Positions 35,796-42,393 of a DNA stretch of 64,000 nucleotides are shown one piece after another (position 1 is the stretch's first letter; each line of letters begins with the position of its first letter). The position numbers were made by a program, and so were the translations under genes. The notes beneath the pieces are model-generated. The model was given only the letters and a program-made list of their open reading frames with translations, made no database searches and was not told where the DNA came from. The DNA comes from Bdellovibrio sp. ZAP7 (GTDB lineage: Bacteria > Bdellovibrionota > UBA1018 > CAIMNF01), in NCBI GenBank assembly GCA_945874535.1, contig CAMCGZ010000005.1, positions 29,276 to 93,275 on the forward strand, read 5' to 3'.

Positions 35796-37208
35796 ATGAA
35801 AAATCATGATTGTGATGTAGTGGTGATCGGTGCGGGGCCCGCAGGTTATGTCTGTGCGATCCGCTTGGCCCAGCTCGGAAAGAAAGTCGTGGTCGTGGAA
35901 CGCACCCACGTGGGAGGAGTCTGTCTCAATGTGGGCTGCATTCCTTCAAAAGCACTGATTCATGCGGGGAGCACTTTCGACAAGATCCGACATGCCGGAT
36001 CGATGGGGATCAGTGGAACCGAATCCGCCAAGCTCGACATGAAACAACTCCAAGGCTGGAAGGGGGAGGTGGTCAAGAAGCTCACCGGCGGTGTCGCTCA
36101 GCTCTTGAAGGCCAACGGCTGTGCGCTGATTTCCGGTGATGCCCGGTTTCTCTCCACCACGGAAGTCGCGGTGAAAACCGCGGATGGCGAGGACAAGGTC
36201 CGCTTCAAGCAGGCGGTGATCGCTACCGGTTCACGTCCCGCTGAGATCCCCGGTTTCGAGGTGGATCAAAAACTCGTTCTCGATTCCACCGGAGGACTGG
36301 CGCAGGATGCGGTTCCCGCGAACTTGCTCTGTGTGGGGGGTGGATACATCGGCCTCGAGCTGGGCACTTTTTACGCCAAGGTCGGCTCCCGGGTGACGGT
36401 GGTGGAGGCGGGTCCTGCGCTGCTTGGAATCATCGATCCCGACCTGGTTCGCGTGGTTCAAAAAGGCCTCGAAAAGCGGGGAGTGAAGATTCAGACTTCG
36501 ACCACAGTGAAATCCGTGAAGAAACTCCAAAACGAGGTCGAGGTGGTGTTCGCCTCTTCAGCCGGTGAAGTCAAACAGAAGTTCGACCGGGTGCTCGTGA
36601 CCATCGGCAGAACCCCGAACACAGCCGGTTTGGGGTTGGACAAGGCCGGTGTGAAAATGGACTCGAAGGGATTCATTCCGGTCGACTCCCAACGTCGGAC
36701 CTCGGTTCCGAATATTTTTGCAATCGGAGACGTGGCAGGGCAGCCGCTTCTTGCGCACAAGGGCTCTAAAGAGGGCATGGTCGCCGCAGAGGCGATTGGC
36801 GGGATGAAGACGGTTTATGACGTGCGGGCGATGCCGGCCGTGATCTTCACCGATCCGGAGATTGCCACTGTTGGCCTCACGGAAGCCGAGGCCAAAGCCA
36901 AGGGGTTTTCGGTCAATGTCGGGGTTTTCCCTTTTGCCGCGAACGGCAGGGCTCTCTCGGTCGGTGAACCTGACGGGATGGTGAAACTCGTGAGTGATGC
37001 CAAAAAGGGCACCTTGCTCGGGTGCCACATCGTGGGTGCTGAAGCCTCGAATCTCATTGCCGAGGCGACACTTGCCATCGAGATGGGAGCGCACGTCGAG
37101 GATCTCGCGCTCACTGTTCACGCTCATCCGACACTTCCGGAGACGATCATGGAAGCGGCTGAGGTCGCTATCGGGCATCCGATTCACATTTTCAAACCGA
37201 AGAAATGA
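35796..37208 (+). CDS. lpd: Dihydrolipoyl dehydrogenase (E3)
   Basis: GAGPAGY FAD motif, redox disulfide CLNVGCIPSK, C-terminal HAHPTLPE. ATG 35796 is preceded by GGAGG. Confidence 0.95.
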   Translation: MKNHDCDVVVIGAGPAGYVCAIRLAQLGKKVVVVERTHVGGVCLNVGCIPSKALIHAGSTFDKIRHAGSMGISGTESAKLDMKQLQGWKGEVVKKLTGGVAQLLKANGCALISGDARFLSTTEVAVKTADGEDKVRFKQAVIATGSRPAEIPGFEVDQKLVLDSTGGLAQDAVPANLLCVGGGYIGLELGTFYAKVGSRVTVVEAGPALLGIIDPDLVRVVQKGLEKRGVKIQTSTTVKSVKKLQNEVEVVFASSAGEVKQKFDRVLVTIGRTPNTAGLGLDKAGVKMDSKGFIPVDSQRRTSVPNIFAIGDVAGQPLLAHKGSKEGMVAAEAIGGMKTVYDVRAMPAVIFTDPEIATVGLTEAEAKAKGFSVNVGVFPFAANGRALSVGEPDGMVKLVSDAKKGTLLGCHIVGAEASNLIAEATLAIEMGAHVEDLALTVHAHPTLPETIMEAAEVAIGHPIHIFKPKK

Positions 37209-37909
37209 CGGGTTTCGAAGTTCTGTCCTTACCCGGAATCCGGAAGTTCTCCGAGGTGCATCAGCTCATGCTGGACCTGGTGGAGCGGCGGATCCGGGGA
37301 GAAGTTGCCGACACCTTCATTTTTTGCGAGCACCAGTCCGTGATTACCCGTGGGCGAGGCTTGCAGTGGTCCGCGCAAAGATCAGATCGGGCCATGCCGC
37401 CTCCTTTGGTGCCCGAGGGAACGGACTATGTGGAAATCGAGCGAGGAGGGGATTTGACCTGGCACGGGCCCGGGCAACTCGTGGTGTATCCGATCCTCTC
37501 TCTCGGTGGCTCCGGCCGTTGGGGCAGTCATCTGGGGCGCGACATCGAGAAGTATGTCCGGTTTCTGGAGGAGTGGTGGATCCGCGCACTGGCGCGAGAG
37601 GGGGCCTTTGCCAATCGTGACCCGGCTGGAAGCGGTGTGTGGTCGGGAAACCGGAAGCTCGCATCGGTCGGTGTTGCGGTCAGAAAATGGGTGACCTTTC
37701 ATGGACTCGCCATGAATGTGGTGAATGACCTCGCACCTTTCCGGGATTTCTCTCCCTGTGGATTCGGTGGTGAGATCATGACACGGATTTCAGATCTGGA
37801 AGGGATCGCTCCCGATCTCAAGGGTGGGGATTGGCGGAGTCTCTGGGAGTCGCGGCTGATCCGGGAACTCGAGGATTGGGACGGAACCATCGATCGGCAA
37901 GAAGGGTGA
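37205..37909 (+). CDS. lipB: Octanoyltransferase
   Basis: RGGDLTWHGPGQLVVYPI and KLASVGV motifs. ATGA overlap with lpd. Confidence 0.9.
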   Translation: MTGFEVLSLPGIRKFSEVHQLMLDLVERRIRGEVADTFIFCEHQSVITRGRGLQWSAQRSDRAMPPPLVPEGTDYVEIERGGDLTWHGPGQLVVYPILSLGGSGRWGSHLGRDIEKYVRFLEEWWIRALAREGAFANRDPAGSGVWSGNRKLASVGVAVRKWVTFHGLAMNVVNDLAPFRDFSPCGFGGEIMTRISDLEGIAPDLKGGDWRSLWESRLIRELEDWDGTIDRQEG

Positions 37910-38465
37910 GAGCCGCGCCTCCGATGACATCCCAGATGTAATGTTGCTTGGTGGTCAAAGTGGACAGACAGATCAGTATCGCCCAGATGAAAAATATCAC
38001 GAATGCCCGGGGTCGCTCCCGAAGCAGCAGGACCGAGGTCAGTACCGATCCGACATGAAGGCTCGGGAAGCAATTCAATGGCGAGTCGCCCGACCGTTGG
38101 AGCTCGAATAAGAATCGGCTGCCCGGATCCAGTCCGGCAGGTAAGGGAAACCACTCTCTCGGGTAGGATGTCGGGAAGAGTGTGAAAATCAGTGCGCTGA
38201 TTGCGAGCAGGAACAGGGTCGACTTCAGGTAGCGCTGAAGGGCTTCAGGATTACGTGTGATCACAAAGGCTGAGATCAGCAAAGGGTACTCGCTCAGGTA
38301 AATCCAGATCGTTTCAGGGACAAAGGGAATCGCCGAATCCGCAAAGGTCAGGGGAAGTTGGACAGGTTGGAAGAGGGGGTAGTGATTCGGGATCAGGTAG
38401 AGTGGGGCCGCCAGTCCGAACAGGCCCACTCCCCAGGTCGCTTTGGTCTGGGCTCGCATACCCAT
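37818..38465 (-). CDS. PAP2-superfamily membrane protein of the sphingomyelin/IPC-synthase-like (PAP2_C) type
   Basis: Polytopic membrane protein with CFPSLHVGS and TKQHYIWDVIGG, i.e. the S-x-H and H-Y-x-x-D-V catalytic motifs. The 3' end overlaps lipB by 92 nt (convergent). Confidence 0.6.
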   Translation of the reverse strand: MGMRAQTKATWGVGLFGLAAPLYLIPNHYPLFQPVQLPLTFADSAIPFVPETIWIYLSEYPLLISAFVITRNPEALQRYLKSTLFLLAISALIFTLFPTSYPREWFPLPAGLDPGSRFLFELQRSGDSPLNCFPSLHVGSVLTSVLLLRERPRAFVIFFIWAILICLSTLTTKQHYIWDVIGGAALTLLADRWFRPNPRVPGSAATPRDSANPHP

Positions 38466-38502
38466 TACCCTAAGCGTTTTTCCGGGGCACGGCGACCGAA
38501 AC

Positions 38503-38526
38503 CTGTATGGAAATTGGACAGGTGTC
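38503..38526 (+). promoter_or_regulatory. Dyad upstream element CTGT-N11-ACAGGTGTC (candidate enhancer-binding-protein site), copy 1
   Basis: CTGTATGGAAATTGGACAGGTGTC starts 135 bp upstream of the sigma-54 promoter at 38638. It matches the copy at 38939 at 18 of 24 positions. Confidence 0.5.
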
Positions 38527-38637
38527 AGGCGCTGGCTGGAAGCGGATCACAGCAACCAGGAGGCGGGTCCGAGGGCAGGGGAGTATTTCCTTTGGATTGA
38601 CCGGAGCTTGTCCGGTTCCACCCAGACGGACCCGTCG

Positions 38638-38653
38638 TGGCACGACCTCTGCA
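38638..38653 (+). promoter_or_regulatory. Sigma-54 (-24/-12) promoter, copy 1
   Basis: TGGCACGAcctCTGCA versus consensus TGGCACG-N4-TTGCW. GG and GC are correctly spaced. It starts 78 nt upstream of ATG 38716. Confidence 0.7.
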
Positions 38654-38715
38654 ATAGTGTGGACAAGCGGTACGTCGAGTGGAAGTAGAGAGAACGAGAA
38701 CAGTCCGGAGGACGT

Positions 38716-38901
38716 ATGAAAATCTTCACCCTTTTGGCCCTTTTTACCGCATTCGCATCCCCAGCCATCGGCGGAGTCGTGTCGAGCAAGCAATCAGGTA
38801 AAGCCCATTGCACCAAGAACGAACAAGATCATCAGGTCAAGTTCGCTGCCAGCTCCGGCACCCAGGCGGGCAAGTCGAATCAGGCCGGATCCGGCCGCTG
38901 A
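38716..38901 (+). CDS. 61-aa signal-peptide-bearing small peptide, paralogue A
   Basis: Sequence MKIFTLLALFTAFASPAIG/GVVSSKQSGKAHCTKN...QAGSGR. GGAGG SD. Paralogous to 39143-39322. Confidence 0.6.
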   Translation: MKIFTLLALFTAFASPAIGGVVSSKQSGKAHCTKNEQDHQVKFAASSGTQAGKSNQAGSGR

Positions 38902-38938
38902 TTCATCCCACCCCCATTCGAAGATTCGGGAAGCGAAA

Positions 38939-38962
38939 CTGTCTAAAGATTGGACAGGCGTC
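38939..38962 (+). promoter_or_regulatory. Dyad upstream element CTGT-N11-ACAGGCGTC, copy 2
   Basis: CTGTCTAAAGATTGGACAGGCGTC starts 123 bp upstream of the sigma-54 promoter at 39062. Confidence 0.5.
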
Positions 38963-39061
38963 GTCTTCCCGATCGTCGTTCCAGCTCGAAACGAATAGGG
39001 TTGCGCCTTGGAAGGTCTTGTAACCTAAGGAGCATTCCAGACCTTGGGGGGCTCCTTCCTC

Positions 39062-39077
39062 TGGCACACCCCATGCA
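39062..39077 (+). promoter_or_regulatory. Sigma-54 (-24/-12) promoter, copy 2
   Basis: TGGCACAccccATGCA, with GG-N10-GC spacing correct. It starts 81 nt upstream of ATG 39143. Confidence 0.65.
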
Positions 39078-39142
39078 TTTATGTCGGGTGAGCGGTACGT
39101 TGTGCGAGAACGGGAATCTTTCCCATCCCAACCGGAGTGACT

Positions 39143-39322
39143 ATGAAACTGATGACTTTGATTGCCCTCCTGACCGCGTTCGCATCTCCCGCTTCTGCTG
39201 CAGTGGTGTCGAGCAAGCAACTCGGCAAGGCTCTCTGCTCGAAGAATCGCGCCGACTTGGTCATGGCTTCGCTCTCAGTTGCAAAAGGACGCGCTTCTCA
39301 GAATGCCGGATCTGGACGGTAA
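39143..39322 (+). CDS. 59-aa signal-peptide-bearing small peptide, paralogue B
   Basis: Sequence MKLMTLIALLTAFASPASA/AVVSSKQLGKALCSKN...QNAGSGR. GGAG 5 nt upstream of ATG 39143; the track starts at GTG 39137. Confidence 0.6.
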   Translation: MKLMTLIALLTAFASPASAAVVSSKQLGKALCSKNRADLVMASLSVAKGRASQNAGSGR

Positions 39323-39335
39323 TCCCGACCCGGGT

Positions 39336-39626
39336 TCAATTTTTCTGTTCCGAACGTTCGATGATCTGTCTCAATGCCTTCTGATCTTCGGGGCTGATGT
39401 CGGCATCGAGTTTATGCAGTTCTTTCATGCGGGCATCGAGGCTGGCTTTGTATTCGTCAGTGAGCAACTTGGCCTGTTTCTCCGGGCTGTAAACACCGGC
39501 GATTTTCACCCATTTTTCGATGTGACGTGAGACCGTCACACCCTGAACTTCGATCACATGGGACAATACGAGCACGATCAGGGCGAATGCCGAATATTTG
39601 AAGATCGAGTAAAGAAAAGAGAACAT
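39336..39626 (-). CDS. 96-aa N-terminally membrane-anchored protein of unknown function
   Basis: N-terminal TM helix YSAFALIVLVLSHVI followed by a charged helical region. Located 10 nt downstream of the CheY-like gene. Confidence 0.5.
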   Translation of the reverse strand: MFSFLYSIFKYSAFALIVLVLSHVIEVQGVTVSRHIEKWVKIAGVYSPEKQAKLLTDEYKASLDARMKELHKLDADISPEDQKALRQIIERSEQKN

Positions 39627-39636
39627 CTAGGATCCC

Positions 39637-40047
39637 TCAGGCGGCCCCGCCCGCGGCAGCGTTTTGAACCGAACCTGCGGAGATACTCTCCTGGAGCACC
39701 CTCATGACCTCATCTGTCTGGAAGGGCTTGATCACGTAATCTTTAGCTCCGGCTTGGATGGCTTCAGTCACCAGGTTCTCCTGGGTCATGGCAGAAAGAA
39801 TGACAATCTTTGCCTCGGGGTCGCGCTTTAAAATCACGCGTGTGGCATCGATCCCGTTCATTCTCGGCATCACCAGATCCATGATGACCAGATCAGGGCG
39901 GGTTTCAAAATAGAGACGTACGGCATCGTCGCCGTTTTCGGCTTCGCCCACCACCCGGTAGCCACGGTTCTGAAGGATCTGCTTCAGTGTCTTACGGACA
40001 TAGGGAATATCATCGGCGATCAGAACGGTTTTGAATGCATCCTTCAT
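39637..40047 (-). CDS. Single-domain CheY-like response regulator
   Basis: The sequence MKDAFKTVLIADDIPYVRK...DLVIMDLVMPRMNG...AKDYVIKPF carries the acidic pocket, the phospho-acceptor Asp and the conserved Lys. Start at ATG 40047, with GAGGGG SD; the track ORF's 75-aa extension is unsupported. Confidence 0.85.
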   Translation of the reverse strand: MKDAFKTVLIADDIPYVRKTLKQILQNRGYRVVGEAENGDDAVRLYFETRPDLVIMDLVMPRMNGIDATRVILKRDPEAKIVILSAMTQENLVTEAIQAGAKDYVIKPFQTDEVMRVLQESISAGSVQNAAAGGAA

Positions 40048-40075
40048 TCGGCACCCCTCATCTGTAAGTGTAGGC

Positions 40076-41341
40076 TCAAGAGGGGATTCTTTCAATGCTG
40101 ACACTCTCGATTCTCCTGCGTGTCGCATCTTTGACGGTAAAACGGAGATTTCCGGCAGGTGTTTCGAAGTACAGCTCATCTCCGGGTTCCGGGATGCGGG
40201 AAAATTGACGCAAGAGAAATCCACCCAGGGTATCGTAGTCGCCTTCAGGGATCTCGAGCTGCAATTCCTCATTGATCTGGGTGATGGTGGCCCTGGCCTT
40301 GATGATCCAGGACGTTTCGCTGTTGGCCCGGATCAGCTTTTTCTCGAGGTCGTCCTCGTCCTCGAGGTCCCCGACAATCTGTTCGAAAATGTCCTCGCGG
40401 GTCAGGATCCCGATCGCCCCCCCGTATTCATCCACGACGACCACCAACTGAAAGTCATCTTCGATCATCCGGTTCAGGATCTCTTCGAGTTTTTGGTTCT
40501 CGGCGACATAGACCGCAGGCTTGATGAAGCGGTCGATCCGTTGCCTCAGATCGCTCTGCCGGAAAATAGTGTGCAGTTCGAGCACCCCGATGATGTTGTC
40601 GATCCGCTCGTCAAAAACGGGAATGCGGGAATGCTTTTTCTCACGGTAAAGCTCGAAGGCTTCGAGCAGCGAGCTCTGTTTTTCGATCGCATCCACTTGG
40701 ATCAGGGGAACCAGTCCGTCCTTCGCGATCCGGTCCCGGAATCGCAGGATCTTCCGGATGAGACGCTTTTCATTCGACTTGATTTGGGTGTCTCCCGAGT
40801 CGGAAGTGAGGAGACCGTGCAGCTCGTCCTTCACGCTTTGTTTCTTGCCGCTCCACACCAGCTCCATGGGGGTGACGATCCGCGTGATTTGAGAAGTGTA
40901 AAGAGTCATCAAGCGGATCAGCGGAGAGAGGATCTTTTGCGTGAGAAAAATCGGATAGGCTACTTTCGGTACGATGGTGTCCGCGAAGCGGCGGTACATG
41001 AATTTCGGAATCAACTCACCGAACACGATCACCAGCAGGGATCCGATCGCAGCCGCATAGGCTTCACCGTGCTCGCCCATGAGTCTCCGGAACTCTAGGG
41101 TGAGGACGACTGAAGTCCCCATCACGCAGGTGCTGGTCATGAGAAGGGTCGATGAGAGAATCCGGTCCGGGGACTTGAGCAGGCGAAGAGCCAATTGGGC
41201 CCCCTTGTTTCCCTGCTTGCCCTTTCTCTTCAAAGCGAGCTTGTCCATCGAAAGGAGAGCGAGCTCGCTCCCCGAGTAAAATCCCTCGATCAGAATGAAC
41301 ATCAAAACGATGGCGATGGTTGCAGGAGATAATGCAATCAT
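40076..41341 (-). CDS. CNNM/CorC-HlyC family transporter (DUF21 + CBS pair + CorC_HlyC domain)
   Basis: N-terminal DUF21 TM region (FYSGSELALLSMDKLALKR), CBS pair, and a C-terminal transporter-associated domain (YDTLGGFLLRQFSRIPEPGDE). Confidence 0.85.
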   Translation of the reverse strand: MIALSPATIAIVLMFILIEGFYSGSELALLSMDKLALKRKGKQGNKGAQLALRLLKSPDRILSSTLLMTSTCVMGTSVVLTLEFRRLMGEHGEAYAAAIGSLLVIVFGELIPKFMYRRFADTIVPKVAYPIFLTQKILSPLIRLMTLYTSQITRIVTPMELVWSGKKQSVKDELHGLLTSDSGDTQIKSNEKRLIRKILRFRDRIAKDGLVPLIQVDAIEKQSSLLEAFELYREKKHSRIPVFDERIDNIIGVLELHTIFRQSDLRQRIDRFIKPAVYVAENQKLEEILNRMIEDDFQLVVVVDEYGGAIGILTREDIFEQIVGDLEDEDDLEKKLIRANSETSWIIKARATITQINEELQLEIPEGDYDTLGGFLLRQFSRIPEPGDELYFETPAGNLRFTVKDATRRRIESVSIERIPS

Positions 41342-42315
41342 TCCTCGAAGGCCTCCTCGATCAGGGTGTCGAGAATATCCTGGAGGGTGATCATGCCCGC
41401 GATCTTTCCGTTCACCCCTCGGGTAAATGCAACCTGGATCTTCTTTGATTTCATTTTTCGGAAGAGCGCATCGATGGTCAGTGTTCCCGCCACGGTGAGG
41501 GGTTCGTTTGCGAGGGTCATCACATTCTCACTTCGCATCTCAGGGCGGACTTTGAGTTCGGCGAGATCCTTGGAGTTGATGACCCCGACAATGTCGTCTT
41601 TGGTTTTGTCGTATACCGGGATTCTCGAATAGATCCGGTCCTTCAAAATGATCATCGACGCTTGTTCGAGAGTGGCATTGGACGGAACGGTGATGATCTT
41701 TCGGATCGGAGTCGCCAATTGTTCGACCCGGGTGTCGTCCATCTCAAATACATTTTTGATGAGTTCGAGCTCGGTTTCATGCAAATGACCGGTTTCGGCC
41801 TGCTCCTCGGCAATCACAATGAAGTCTTCCTCGTGCAATTGATGGAGCTCCTTGACCGGAGCTGCCGGGATGAAAAAACGGATGATCGCGACCACGGGGC
41901 GCATCAGGAGGTAGAGGGGATAAACCAGGGGGAGGAAAGTCGAGATGATCATCTGATTCGCCTTGCTGGCGATCACCTTCGGGGTCAACTCACAGGCGAT
42001 GAGCATGACCGGGGTCGTGATCAGGATCCCGAGGAGTGTGCTCATTTTCCAATCGAGCTTCAGCGGTTCCACGATCCGGGTGGTCAGGATGGTGGCAAGT
42101 GAGATATTGACGATCTCGTTGAACAGCAGAACCGTGATCAAGAGCCCCATGGAGTCCTGGATCAGAGTCCGGATACGGCGGAAGAGGGGCTCAGACTCGT
42201 CCTTGATCCGCTTCAGTTGGACACGTGAGAGCGAAAAAAGTGCGATCTCACTCGAGGAGAGCACAAAGGAGCAGCTGACCAAGAAAAAGCAGATGAGGGT
42301 GCTGGAAATTGTCAT
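41338..42315 (-). CDS. CNNM-family DUF21 + CBS-pair membrane protein lacking the CorC_HlyC domain
   Basis: SSEIALFSLSRVQLKRI DUF21 start and a CBS pair. Ends after the CBS region. ATGA overlap with the downstream paralogue. Confidence 0.8.
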   Translation of the reverse strand: MTISSTLICFFLVSCSFVLSSSEIALFSLSRVQLKRIKDESEPLFRRIRTLIQDSMGLLITVLLFNEIVNISLATILTTRIVEPLKLDWKMSTLLGILITTPVMLIACELTPKVIASKANQMIISTFLPLVYPLYLLMRPVVAIIRFFIPAAPVKELHQLHEEDFIVIAEEQAETGHLHETELELIKNVFEMDDTRVEQLATPIRKIITVPSNATLEQASMIILKDRIYSRIPVYDKTKDDIVGVINSKDLAELKVRPEMRSENVMTLANEPLTVAGTLTIDALFRKMKSKKIQVAFTRGVNGKIAGMITLQDILDTLIEEAFEE

Positions 42316-42338
42316 TTTCCTGTTCTGTCATGAGGAAA

Positions 42339-42365
42339 GCCCGGATCAATGCGATTGATCCGGGC
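42339..42365 (-). terminator. Candidate intrinsic terminator of lon: perfect 12-bp stem, 3-nt loop
   Basis: GCCCGGATCAAT-GCG-ATTGATCCGGGC lies 29 nt downstream of the lon stop. On the transcribed strand only a short U tract (UUU) follows. Confidence 0.55.
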
Positions 42366-42393
42366 TCCCTGGATTGAGTACAACCTGCCGGTA

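Larger units (their letters stand above)
38503..39322 (+). repeat. Diverged tandem duplication (~430-bp unit) of a UAS + sigma-54 promoter + small-peptide gene cassette
   Basis: Matching landmarks are offset by 424-436 bp: the dyad element, TGGCAC, the shared 5'UTR decamer AGCGGTACGT, the SD, and the peptide ORFs of near-equal length. Confidence 0.75.

Noticed and set aside
38882-38895. Perfect 14-bp palindrome GGCCGGATCCGGCC at the 3' end of small-peptide gene A, considered as a terminator
   Set aside because: As RNA the loop would be too small, there is no U-tract, and the element is not conserved in paralogue B (GCCGGATCTGGACGG). It is probably a coincidence of the AGSGR codons.
40031-41098. 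355-aa plus-strand ORF
   Set aside because: It is antisense to the CNNM/CorC gene and the CheY gene, both of which have clear family motifs. Its composition is low-complexity and Asp/Leu/Pro/Gly/Arg-rich, and it has no SD.
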